A stretch of DNA of 64,000 bases from Cyanobacteria bacterium auto_48_18 (GTDB taxonomy: Bacteria > Cyanobacteriota > Vampirovibrionia > Obscuribacterales > Obscuribacteraceae): the NCBI GenBank assembly GCA_036170915.1, contig JAVHQC010000008.1, forward strand, positions 1 through 64,000. The letters run 5' to 3'. Below are positions 18,541-27,844 of the stretch, piece after piece. The stretch's first letter is position 1, and every line of letters starts with the position of its first letter. The notes beneath the pieces were generated by a model that was given only the letters and a program-made list of their open reading frames with translations, was not told where the DNA came from and searched no databases. Both the position numbers and the translations under genes were made by a program.

Positions 18541-20373
18541 ATGTCTAATTCACGCAATCAGGATGAAGCAATGCTCGCTGCAGCCATTGCCGTCTACAAC
18601 AAGACCGAGCGTACCCGCGGCGACCTGCTGCAGTGCGAAGCAATTTTTCTGGAACTACTCGACGACCGCGTGGACGAACACGGCGCCAATCATGAAAACG
18701 TCGGTTACATCCACAATTATCTCGGCCTCGTTTATGCCGAGATGGACGACCGGTTCGATCAGGGTGAAGCCCATTACCACCGCGCCTTCGAAATCTATGC
18801 AAGCGAAGCAAGCAAGGCCACTGTCGCTTCCAACCACGCCAGCCTTCTCGTCAAGAAAGCCAAGCTGATTCTCGAGGAAGCGGCAGACCTGAAAGAAGAC
18901 GCTCGCGTCAGACCGGCAGTGTCCAAGGCCAAGCGTACTTCCCTGCGCGATCTTCTCCCCGGCGGCAAGGTCAAGCCAGAAGTCACGGAAAAGGAGCTGC
19001 AGACCCTGCGCGCCCTGGCCGAGACCAACGAAGAAGCCATGGAGTGCTACCAGAAAGCGGCGGAGTTGCGCGAGACGGTGGCTAACCTGCAGAGGTCCAT
19101 CGCCAAGAAGGCAGCCCTGGATAAGCCGAAGACGGCTGGCAAATCCAAGGGGAAGGGTCAGGTCGAAGCGATCACCTACAAGTCGCCGAAGGCAATCGTC
19201 GAGGTTCTCGATCAGGTGGTCGTCGGTCAGCATGCGGCCAAGCGCGGTCTCGCCAACGCGGCGTCACAGCACCTGCGTCGCATGCAGCTGAGCCCGGAAG
19301 AGCGCGCCAAAACCGACAAGTCCAACGTCTTGATCGTTGGCCCTACCGGTTGCGGCAAAACGCTTCTGGCCGAGGCCTTGGCTGGTGCAATCAACGCTCC
19401 GTTCTACCGCACAGAAGCCACCAAGCTGACCGCCTCGGGTTATGTTGGTGAAGACGTGCAGGCGGTTCTCGTCGGTCTGTTGCGTGCGTGCGACTACGAC
19501 GTCGAACGTGCTCAAAACGGTATCGTCTATCTGGACGAAATCGACAAAATCGCCGCGTCCGCCGAAACCTCGCTGGATGTGGGTGGTGAGTCGGTTCAGG
19601 AAGAGCTGCTCACTATTCTGGAAGGCACTGTGATCAGTGTGCCCAAGGATGGCAACAACCGCGGCAAAAGCGAGATGATCGAGATCGACACGACGAACAT
19701 CCTCTTCATTCTCGGGGGAGCTTTCGCCGCGCTCGGTGAGATCGTCTCCCGTCGCAAGGCCGACGAGAAGACGTCGATCGGTTTCGGCGCCGAGGTGCGG
19801 GCCAAGGAAACTGAGTTCAGCAAATATCAGAAAGACGCTGATGCTCAGGACCTGATCAAGTTCGGCATGATTCCGGAGTTCGTCGGCCGCCTGCCTATTC
19901 GGCTGGTGATCGAGACTTTGACTGTGGATCAGCTGGAGCGCATTCTGGTAGAGCCGAGGAAGGCGCTGGTTGGGCAGAAGGTTTTGCTGCTGTCTGCCAC
20001 CACCGACCTTCGCTTCACCAGGGGCGCACTGCGGGCAATCGCTGAGGATGCGCTGAAGTCGGGCACCAATGGTCGCGCCCTGCGCGAGATCATGGAACAG
20101 GTGCTGGCGCCGGTTATCTTCAATGAACCGCAGGTGGCCATCATCACCGCTGACATGGTGAAGAACCGCCAGGCCGAGACCGAAGCGCAGAACAAGCTTG
20201 ATGCCGGCGTCACTGCCAGCAGCGAGAGCAGCTATGTCATCGACGATGATGATGTGGAAGCAGTGCGTGAATCGGCCTCGGCTGCAGCGACTGCCAGGGA
20301 CCGCAAAAATCGGACCCGTCAGTTGCCGATGGTGATTCCTCTGGCACCGGCCGTGGTGCAGAAGCGGGCCTGA
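18541..20373 (+). CDS. clpX: ClpX-like AAA+ ATPase with a TPR-like N-terminal domain
   Basis: VVGQHAAK, GPTGCGKT, GYVGEDV, YLDEIDKI, IDTTNILFI, SIGFG, FGMIPEFVGRLP; AGGAG RBS; no C4 zinc finger. Confidence 0.85.
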   Translation: MSNSRNQDEAMLAAAIAVYNKTERTRGDLLQCEAIFLELLDDRVDEHGANHENVGYIHNYLGLVYAEMDDRFDQGEAHYHRAFEIYASEASKATVASNHASLLVKKAKLILEEAADLKEDARVRPAVSKAKRTSLRDLLPGGKVKPEVTEKELQTLRALAETNEEAMECYQKAAELRETVANLQRSIAKKAALDKPKTAGKSKGKGQVEAITYKSPKAIVEVLDQVVVGQHAAKRGLANAASQHLRRMQLSPEERAKTDKSNVLIVGPTGCGKTLLAEALAGAINAPFYRTEATKLTASGYVGEDVQAVLVGLLRACDYDVERAQNGIVYLDEIDKIAASAETSLDVGGESVQEELLTILEGTVISVPKDGNNRGKSEMIEIDTTNILFILGGAFAALGEIVSRRKADEKTSIGFGAEVRAKETEFSKYQKDADAQDLIKFGMIPEFVGRLPIRLVIETLTVDQLERILVEPRKALVGQKVLLLSATTDLRFTRGALRAIAEDALKSGTNGRALREIMEQVLAPVIFNEPQVAIITADMVKNRQAETEAQNKLDAGVTASSESSYVIDDDDVEAVRESASAAATARDRKNRTRQLPMVIPLAPAVVQKRA

Positions 20374-20397
20374 GTTTACTCGGGTCAATTAACTGAG

Positions 20398-20452
20398 AGC
20401 AGGGAGTGGAGCGCGCAAGCGCTCTGCTCCTTGCTTCTTTTTTTCTTTTTTT
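20398..20452 (+). terminator. Rho-independent terminator
   Basis: 17-bp stem with GCAA tetraloop and long T tract. Confidence 0.88.
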
Positions 20453-20874
20453 GACTCTTAGTCTTTTTGGATTGTTATATTATAATATATAGTTGTACTA
20501 TCGGCTTCATGGCCAGTTGCTTTGACTTATTCAACCGAATCCACGCAAGTAAGTTTCTTCCGCGGGCAGACTCTTGCACGCTCCTGGTGAAATTGAGATT
20601 GTCATCCGGATCTAAAAATAGACTTGCCAAATTGCAGAGAAATTTTTGAAAATTTCTCTGCGTTTTAGAAAGACGCAAAAAGACCCCTCACAAACGCCTG
20701 CACTTAAACAAACAAAAACTGAAGTCAAGCATGCCATGCCAAAAGCCAAGAGGTATCTAATAATGCGAGAATTGATGCCTAATACTCCACCTGATATCCC
20801 TTTGTTCGATATCGCCTAGGTTCGGCACTTTAATTCTCGTCTGTTTGCTCTCGTTTCACTTCACAGGGGTCTGC

Positions 20875-21762
20875 ATGAGTTCTACGAAGGCCAAGTTCGA
20901 AGCCAAGTTCAGCACTTTGTCCCATAACGCTTATGGCAAGTCAGGCATACGTTTGACCAAAGTTATTAACCACGGTGACCATCAGGAATTAAAAGAACTG
21001 ACGGCCAATATTCAGCTCGAAGGCGAGTTCGAAAACTCATATTTGCAAGGCGATAACAGCAGCATTATTGCCACCGATTCTATGCGCAACACAGTTTATG
21101 TTCTGGCCGCCGAACACGATTTAGCCAGCATCGAATCATTCGCTCAGCACCTCTGCCAGCACTTCTTAACCAAATATCCCCATGTGCAGGAAGCCAGCGT
21201 CAATCTTATTGAAGACCTCTGGTTGCGCATCGAGGCCAAGGGTAAGGCCCATCCTCATGCTTTTGTCAGTGCCGGCAATGAGAAGCGCAGCACTCATGTT
21301 AGCGGCGACAGGCAAGGCCTCTCAGTTCTTTCAGCGATTGAAAATCTGGTGGTGGCTAAAACCACCGAATCAGAGTTCTGGGGATTCATTCGCGATGAAT
21401 TCACGACATTGCCTGAAACTCACGATCGCATTATGGCCACTAGTGTTGAAGCCACCTGGACATACGACGACGATAAGTTGGCTAGCATTGATTTCAATAA
21501 AAATTACGAGACTGTGCGCCAGATTGTGCTTGAAGTTTTTGCCACACACAGCAGTCTGGCAGTGCAGCAAACCCTTTACGCCATGGGCGAAGCGGTACTA
21601 AAAGCAGTGGGCGAAATTTCTGAAATCAACATCACCATGCCTAATCAACATCGCATTGCTTTCAATCTTGAGCCTTTCGGCAAAGCCAATAAGAACGAAA
21701 TTTTTTATCCTATAGATGAGCCTTTTGGGCTGATCTCGGGCACAATTAAGCGAGGGTCATAA
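20875..21762 (+). CDS. pucL: Urate oxidase (cofactor-independent uricase)
   Basis: YGKSGI, IIATDSMRNTVY, KTT.SEF.GFIRDEFTTLPETHDRI, SLAVQQTLY, MPNQH. Confidence 0.93.
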   Translation: MSSTKAKFEAKFSTLSHNAYGKSGIRLTKVINHGDHQELKELTANIQLEGEFENSYLQGDNSSIIATDSMRNTVYVLAAEHDLASIESFAQHLCQHFLTKYPHVQEASVNLIEDLWLRIEAKGKAHPHAFVSAGNEKRSTHVSGDRQGLSVLSAIENLVVAKTTESEFWGFIRDEFTTLPETHDRIMATSVEATWTYDDDKLASIDFNKNYETVRQIVLEVFATHSSLAVQQTLYAMGEAVLKAVGEISEINITMPNQHRIAFNLEPFGKANKNEIFYPIDEPFGLISGTIKRGS

Positions 21763-23186
21763 TGTCGTCGCACCAGTCTTCCATGTTTGGTATTAGAAGT
21801 ACACGTGTCTTGCTCGATGGTGAATTTAAAGCCGCGACGGTACTGGTCAACAATGGCGTGATTTGTGATATTTCCGCCTATGATGCCACTCCTGCTCATT
21901 GCCAAATTGATGATGTGGGCACGCATGTGGTCATGCCTGGATTAGTCGACAGCCATGTACATATCAATGAACCAGGCCGTACAGAGTGGGAAGGTTTCAA
22001 CACAGCTACACGTGCTGCCGCCGCTGGTGGTATCACTACCATTTGTGACATGCCCCTCAACTGCATTCCTGTAACCACTAGCGCTCAGGCTTTTTCAGAA
22101 AAATTGAAACACATTGAAGGCCGCCTCAATGTCGATCTGTGTTTCTGGGGTGGAGTGGTGCCCGGCAATAGTGGTGAATTAAACAAAATGATCGACATGG
22201 GCGTGATGGGATTCAAATGTTTTCTCATTCACTCCGGCATTGATGATTTTCCAAATGTAGAAAGGGCCGACCTTGAGCAAAGTATGCCCATACTCGCCAG
22301 GCGGGGCCTGCCTTTGCTGGTGCATGCTGAGCTTGACTGTTCTCACGGCACTGAGCCAAGTGAAGATGAGGCCGCTCAGCAAAAACTCTTTGCAGAAGAA
22401 CCGCAAAAATATATGCACTTTCTTGCTTCACGGCCTAGAGCCTGGGAAGACGAAGCTATCAAACTGATGATCGATCTTTGCCGACAATTTGATTGCCGCG
22501 TACATATTGTTCACTTATCTTCGTCTGACGCTTTGCCTCTCATCGCTGCAGCAAAGAAGGAAGGCCTGAAAATTACTGCAGAGACATGTCCTCATTACCT
22601 CACCCTCAATGCTGAAGACATCGCCGATGGTGACACCAGATTTAAATGTACTCCACCAATTCGTGAACGCGAAAATTGTGAAAAACTCTGGCAGGGCCTG
22701 AATGATGGCACGCTTGATTTTATTGTTTCTGATCATTCGCCCTGTACCCCTGAACTGAAGCTTTTAAAAGAAGGCAATTTCGACAAGGCCTGGGGCGGCA
22801 TTTCATCGCTGCAATTTGGCCTGCCGGCAGTCTGGAGCGAAGCGTCAAAACGCGGACACACTCTTGCTCGCGTCTCGCAGTGGATGTCACAAGGGCCTGC
22901 TCAGTTTCTCGGTTTAGACAAACGCAAAGGCTCGCTTTCTCCTGGTCATGATGCTGACATTATTGTCTTTGATCCCGATCAAGAACAGAAAATTGAAGCA
23001 GCCATAATTGAGCACAAGCACAAGGTAACCCCGCATGAAGGCCGCGTCTTCAGAGGGAAAGTAAAACAGACTTATGTTCGCGGATTGAAAATTTATGATA
23101 ATGGTCACTTCTCAGATGTGCCTTCTGGTAAGGCATTGATGGGCACAAAATTGGGAGAGTATGTCGATGCAAACGTCCATTCTTGA
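21762..23186 (+). CDS. allB: Allantoinase
   Basis: PGLVDSHVHINEPGRTEWEGF, DMPLNCIP, ETCPHYL, SDHSPC, WGGISSLQ. Confidence 0.96.
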   Translation: MSSHQSSMFGIRSTRVLLDGEFKAATVLVNNGVICDISAYDATPAHCQIDDVGTHVVMPGLVDSHVHINEPGRTEWEGFNTATRAAAAGGITTICDMPLNCIPVTTSAQAFSEKLKHIEGRLNVDLCFWGGVVPGNSGELNKMIDMGVMGFKCFLIHSGIDDFPNVERADLEQSMPILARRGLPLLVHAELDCSHGTEPSEDEAAQQKLFAEEPQKYMHFLASRPRAWEDEAIKLMIDLCRQFDCRVHIVHLSSSDALPLIAAAKKEGLKITAETCPHYLTLNAEDIADGDTRFKCTPPIRERENCEKLWQGLNDGTLDFIVSDHSPCTPELKLLKEGNFDKAWGGISSLQFGLPAVWSEASKRGHTLARVSQWMSQGPAQFLGLDKRKGSLSPGHDADIIVFDPDQEQKIEAAIIEHKHKVTPHEGRVFRGKVKQTYVRGLKIYDNGHFSDVPSGKALMGTKLGEYVDANVHS

Positions 23187-24174
23187 AGCTTCTGCCTTTA
23201 CAGGATTGATTGATCTGGCCACTGAAAAGCTCGGGGGCAAAGCGCTCTGTTGCAGCGACGAATTTTTTGCTGAGAAGGAAAATTTGCTCAAGCCTGGCCG
23301 CGGTATTTTCATTGAAGACAAATATACTAAAAACGGTAAGTGGATGGATGGCTGGGAGAGTCGCAGAAAGCGGGTGCCCGGTTACGATTGGTGCATAGTC
23401 AAATTGGGATTGCCTGGTATCATCCGTGGTGTTGATATTGACACCAATCATTTCCTTGGCAATCATCCACCTTACGCATCACTGGAAGCCTGCATCGCGC
23501 CCGGTGAAGAGAATGCGGATAAACTGGCGTCGGCAAAATGGGTAGAGATTGTGCCACGGTCATCGCTAAAGGCCGGCTCGCAAAATCTGTTCGGCGTCTC
23601 TAGCAGCGAGGCTTGGACGCACGTGCGATTGAATATTTTCCCTGACGGTGGCGTGGCCCGTCTGAAAATATTTGGTGATGTTGTTCCTGATTTGAGCAAA
23701 ATTAAAGAAGACGCTCTGGTAGATCTGGCCGCTGTGGAATTTGGCGCTCGAGTGGTGGCATGCAACGACATGTTCTTCGGTAACATGGAAAACTTGATTA
23801 TGCCTGGCCGCGGCAGGAACATGGGGGATGCCTGGGAAACCAGACGTAAACGCGGCCCCGGCCACGACTGGGTCATAGTCAAAATGGGACAACCAGGCCT
23901 GGTGAAAAAGCTAGAAGTTGATACCGCTTTCCACATCGGCAATTATCCTGATACTTGCTCTATTGATGGTTGCTACTCGCCTGACCTCGACATCGATAAC
24001 CTTACCTGGCCACAAGCGACCTGGAAAGAGCTTCTGCCACAACTCAAATTGCAAGCCGACAAGCAACACTATTTTGAAAAAGAGATTATCGACATCGGCA
24101 AAATTACTCACGTGCGCTTGAATATCTACCCTGATGGTGGAGTGGCGCGCCTCCGCGTGCACTGCAAACGCTAA
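23161..24174 (+). CDS. alc: Allantoicase
   Basis: SDEFFA, DGWESRRKR, duplicated WETRRKR and RLNI.PDGGVARL repeats. Confidence 0.96.
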   Translation: MSMQTSILEASAFTGLIDLATEKLGGKALCCSDEFFAEKENLLKPGRGIFIEDKYTKNGKWMDGWESRRKRVPGYDWCIVKLGLPGIIRGVDIDTNHFLGNHPPYASLEACIAPGEENADKLASAKWVEIVPRSSLKAGSQNLFGVSSSEAWTHVRLNIFPDGGVARLKIFGDVVPDLSKIKEDALVDLAAVEFGARVVACNDMFFGNMENLIMPGRGRNMGDAWETRRKRGPGHDWVIVKMGQPGLVKKLEVDTAFHIGNYPDTCSIDGCYSPDLDIDNLTWPQATWKELLPQLKLQADKQHYFEKEIIDIGKITHVRLNIYPDGGVARLRVHCKR

Positions 24175-24191
24175 CAACAACTATAGCGATA

Positions 24192-24695
24192 ATGAATCTA
24201 GATCAACTTAACACCACCGCTGCTCAGGAACTAATGCCTGAGTTGCGGCGTTGTTGCGGCAGCGAGACTTGGGCCAGCCGGTTAATTGACCGCAGGCCAT
24301 TTGTTTCTCTTGAGCAGTTAATGCAGACCTCGGACCAAATTTGGAACGGGCTTGAGCAAGCCGATTGGCTGGAAGCTTTCAGTCATCACCCGAAGATTGG
24401 CGATTTGAATAGTTTAAAAGCTAAGTTTGCTACAACCAGTGAGTGGGCGGCTGGAGAGCAGGGTGGAGTGGCACTTGCCGATAACAAAGTGATCGAGGCT
24501 CTTGCCAGCGGTAATGCATCTTACGAACAAAAATTCGGATATATATTTATCGTTTGTGCCGCAGGCAAATCAGCAAGCGAAATGCTGGCCCTGCTACAAG
24601 AACGGCACACCAACAGCCCTGCTGCTGAAATTCAAGTTGCTATGCAAGAACAAAACAAGATTACTAGATTGAGATTGGAAAAATTACTGTCATGA
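24192..24695 (+). CDS. uraD: OHCU decarboxylase
   Basis: WLEAFSHHPKIG, GNASYEQKFGYIFIVCA, EQNKITRLRL. Confidence 0.95.
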   Translation: MNLDQLNTTAAQELMPELRRCCGSETWASRLIDRRPFVSLEQLMQTSDQIWNGLEQADWLEAFSHHPKIGDLNSLKAKFATTSEWAAGEQGGVALADNKVIEALASGNASYEQKFGYIFIVCAAGKSASEMLALLQERHTNSPAAEIQVAMQEQNKITRLRLEKLLS

Positions 24696-25033
24696 GCAAG
24701 ATTACAACTCACGTTCTCGATGTATCGATAGGCCGCCCCGCGGCTGGAGTCGACGTTGTGCTTGAGCATAAAGGCGTCGACGATTGGAGCGAAGTGGGCC
24801 GCGGCATCACCGACAACGATGGTCGCTGTCGCGATTTGGTTCCTGATAGCTGGCAGTTGAAGCCTGGTACCTATCAGCTTACTTTTAATACCGGCGGATA
24901 TTTTGAGGCTACACACAGACAGAATTTTTATCCTAGTGTGCCAATCATATTTGAGATAATCAACGCCCACGAGCATCACCACGTGCCGCTTTTACTCAGC
25001 CCCTTTGGCTATTCAACCTACAGAGGCAGTTAA
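24692..25033 (+). CDS. uraH: 5-hydroxyisourate hydrolase
   Basis: ITTHVLD...GRPA, HVPLLLSPFGYSTYRGS. Confidence 0.97.
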   Translation: MSKITTHVLDVSIGRPAAGVDVVLEHKGVDDWSEVGRGITDNDGRCRDLVPDSWQLKPGTYQLTFNTGGYFEATHRQNFYPSVPIIFEIINAHEHHHVPLLLSPFGYSTYRGS

Positions 25034-25108
25034 GAAGAGCAAAGCAGGCAGCAATAGATTTAGTTTGAAAAGTAAGTTAGCAGTTAAATAGCACATAAGG
25101 GAGTGACC

Positions 25109-26569
25109 ATGAAAGTTAGTTTGCCAGAATCTACAACCAGTGATGTGTTCAGTAAATTGGGCCAAGCCAACGCTGCTTTCAATAAATTTTACCCTGGTGA
25201 CTCGTCGGCCAGGCAGCCGGTGCACACCGTATATGGTGGCGCACAGTTGTTTAAGGCTGATTCGGCTAGAAAGCTTGGTGTGATGGCGGTTGCTAATCTC
25301 GAGGAATATGCTCCCGATTTTACCGTTCTAGCCCGGGCACTAGATTTGCCAGGCGCCGAGTCGTTGCCGCTGGGCGCTGATGAAATTGCTAAGTTGACTA
25401 AATCTCTTTCAGAAAATGCCAAAACCGGTTCGACGAAAACCGAATTGCACGGACGTCTTGCATATACCGTATATCAGCGGGTAAAAGAGAAATTGCAACG
25501 CGAGGCAGTGGAAGATTTCCGCATTGATTTTGAGGATGGCTACGGAAACAGGCCTGACGCAGAAGAAGATGGTCACGCCGAAGCTGCCGCTCGCGAAGTA
25601 GCAAAAGGCATGCGTGATAAGCTCTTGCCCCCATTTATCGGCATCCGCATCAAGCCTTTTAATGAAGAGTTGAAACTGCGCAGCGCCCGTACGCTCGATA
25701 TTTTCATCACTACTCTGGTGGAAGAAACCGGCGGCCAGTTGCCCGACAATTTTGTCGTTACCTTGCCGAAAGTGACTATTCCAGAGCAAGTAACTGCTTT
25801 AGTGGAACTGTTCAAGCTTTTGGAAAGCAAGACAGCGTTGCGCCCCGGCAGCTTAAAAATGGAAATTATGATTGAGCAAACTCAAGCTTTGTTCAATAGG
25901 AAAGGTGAGTGTAACTTGCCTTTGTTGGCTGAGGCTGCCGACGGACGTTGTGTTGCCGCCCACTTCGGTACATACGATTACACTGCCTCCTGCAACATAA
26001 CGGCTTCCCAACAGCGCATGGACCATCCATCATGCGACTTTGCTCTGCACATGATGAAAGTCACTTTCGCCGGCACAGGTATCTGGCTTTCTGATGGTGC
26101 CACCAACGTAATGCCGGTTGGCCCTCACCGCGCCGAAAAAGGCGGTCAATTGACAGATTTGCAGAAAGCGGAGAATCAAGAAGTGGTACACAGGGCCTGG
26201 AAATTGGCCTACGATCACACTCGCCATTCATTGGTTCAAGCTTATTATCAAGGTTGGGATCTTCACCCAGCTCAGCTGCCCGTGCGTTACGCCGCCTGTT
26301 ATGCTTTCTTCCTCGAAGGTCTTGATGCCGCTTCTCTGCGTCTCAAATCATTCATGGAAAAGGCTGCTCAGGCTACTCTTGTGGGAGACGTCTTTGATGA
26401 TGCCGCCACAGGCCAGGGCTTACTTAACTATTTCTTGCGTGCCATCAACTGTGGTGCCATCACTCTCGATGAAATTGCCGCCACCGGCTTGACACTGGAA
26501 GAAATTCAGACCAGATCGTTCCTGAAAATTCTCGCTGGCCGAACGAAGCAAGTGCAAACAGCTAAGTAG
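25109..26569 (+). CDS. CitE/HpcH-like (malate synthase / citrate lyase beta superfamily) protein in the purine-degradation operon
   Basis: RQPVHTVYGGA, EDFRIDFEDGYG, VTLPKV, EIMIE, HFGTYDYTA, LSDGATN, QGWDLHPAQL. Confidence 0.7.
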   Translation: MKVSLPESTTSDVFSKLGQANAAFNKFYPGDSSARQPVHTVYGGAQLFKADSARKLGVMAVANLEEYAPDFTVLARALDLPGAESLPLGADEIAKLTKSLSENAKTGSTKTELHGRLAYTVYQRVKEKLQREAVEDFRIDFEDGYGNRPDAEEDGHAEAAAREVAKGMRDKLLPPFIGIRIKPFNEELKLRSARTLDIFITTLVEETGGQLPDNFVVTLPKVTIPEQVTALVELFKLLESKTALRPGSLKMEIMIEQTQALFNRKGECNLPLLAEAADGRCVAAHFGTYDYTASCNITASQQRMDHPSCDFALHMMKVTFAGTGIWLSDGATNVMPVGPHRAEKGGQLTDLQKAENQEVVHRAWKLAYDHTRHSLVQAYYQGWDLHPAQLPVRYAACYAFFLEGLDAASLRLKSFMEKAAQATLVGDVFDDAATGQGLLNYFLRAINCGAITLDEIAATGLTLEEIQTRSFLKILAGRTKQVQTAK

Positions 26570-26713
26570 AGAGCGCGAAAGCTGTTAATCAAGCTTGAGA
26601 TGGTGTGGCTATATAATTATGTACGGCCTTGCTGCTGGCATTGTTACGATTGTGACCACCGGTCAAAACATTTCATTTGCCCATCGTCAGTTTGTCTGTT
26701 ACGGTAGGAAAAC

Positions 26714-26844
26714 TATGACAGCCAAAAACGCCTACAGCTATTACTACTATACCTACTCCCTCGGGGTCGGCTAGCTGGCGTTGTCATAAAAGTCTAGAAC
26801 TTATGAACAAAAGCCTTCTCGTCGATCGAGAGGGCTTTTTCTTT
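26714..26844 (+). promoter_or_regulatory. Ribosome-mediated transcription attenuator (Tyr-sensing)
   Basis: Alternative helices: 26714-26740 with 26772-26788; antiterminator 26777-26789 with 26801-26815; terminator 26809-26821 with 26827-26839 plus T tract. Confidence 0.82.
26715..26774 (+). CDS. Tyrosine-rich leader peptide MTAKNAYSYYYYTYSLGVG
   Basis: ATG at 26715 after TAGGA RBS; six Tyr codons among codons 7-14; TAG at 26772. Confidence 0.88.
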   Translation: MTAKNAYSYYYYTYSLGVG

Positions 26845-26874
26845 GCTTTGAAAATCTAAAAAGGATAAATAATC

Positions 26875-27771
26875 ATGCTTCAAGAAGTACAAAACACTCG
26901 ACTGAATACATTTAAAAACAGAGTTGACGAGCTCATTGGCACCCATCCGATCGTCACTTCAAACGGCTTCACCAGCTGGTTTAGTCAGGGCTGCGCAAGC
27001 CCAGAACAACTGCGTGCATTCACTGTACAGTTCTCAGTTTTCAGCCATCTGTTTATTGAAGCGCAGCTGCGCAAATGCATCAACGCCTCTGACCTGGCCA
27101 GCTACAGAGCAGGCAAAGAAATTTTGATGAACGAGCTTGGTGTCATGTTCACCAAAGATGGCTCCATCGATAACGGACGCTTTCGCTTCACCGCTGCACA
27201 TTTCGAGTGGCTGGCTGATTTCGCCAGTCATTTAGGATTGACCTTTGGCCAAATAGGCAAGCGTAAACACGGCAGCCAGGCAACTTTAGCCTTCTGCGAT
27301 GCGCTTATGACCTGGTACGGCTCAGATGACGAGTCTACCGCTGCTGGAGCTTCGCATGCCATAGAGCATTGGGCAGCGGCTGGATTTTGGAAAGAGCTAA
27401 TTGCCGGATTGAAGATAATTAAAGCCAGTCAGATTGCCGATTTGCCGTTAGCTTTTTGGGTTTTTCATGATCAAATTGAAGATCAGCACGCTGCTCATAC
27501 CGATGATGAATTAGCCAGCGCTTTTGCCAAATCTGATTTTGATGAAGAAGCATTTTTGCAAGGTGGTAAAGCAATGCTCGACGCGGTAGCGATTTTCTGG
27601 AATGGCCTCGATGCAGAGCGTCAAACGTTGGAGAATGAGTCGGTCCAGCCTGGTGCTACTAAGGCCGATGCTACTAAAACTGCTGAGCCAACGCACTGCA
27701 AATCTCACCCTCGCGACATCGGCACCGTTCAGCTAATTGAGGCGGGTCGCCCACTCAAACAAGCGGTCTAG
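26875..27771 (+). CDS. Heme-oxygenase-like (TenA/PqqC/CADD fold) putative diiron oxidase
   Basis: QF..FS..F; ILMNELG...AAHFEW; AIEHWA; FWVFHDQIEDQHAAH; AIFWNGL give an E..H..E..HxxxExxH ligand pattern. Confidence 0.78.
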   Translation: MLQEVQNTRLNTFKNRVDELIGTHPIVTSNGFTSWFSQGCASPEQLRAFTVQFSVFSHLFIEAQLRKCINASDLASYRAGKEILMNELGVMFTKDGSIDNGRFRFTAAHFEWLADFASHLGLTFGQIGKRKHGSQATLAFCDALMTWYGSDDESTAAGASHAIEHWAAAGFWKELIAGLKIIKASQIADLPLAFWVFHDQIEDQHAAHTDDELASAFAKSDFDEEAFLQGGKAMLDAVAIFWNGLDAERQTLENESVQPGATKADATKTAEPTHCKSHPRDIGTVQLIEAGRPLKQAV

Positions 27772-27844
27772 CTTGCTTAAGGCAGCAATTCTAATGATCC
27801 GATATACTCAGCGCCTCTATTTATATGCCGGAGAACAATCAATT

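Noticed and set aside
18655..20388. Long antisense ORFs (192 and 374 aa) opposite the clpX-like gene
   Set aside because: Shadow ORFs of a GC-rich coding strand, with no motifs
20460..20874. Purine riboswitch or NtcA/sigma54 site upstream of the uricase operon
   Set aside because: No convincing consensus match by eye; needs an Rfam/Infernal scan
26715..26774. Tyr-rich peptide as a RiPP precursor
   Set aside because: Ranked below attenuation rather than excluded: no peptidase, transporter or recognition element nearby, and it sits in a complete terminator/antiterminator structure
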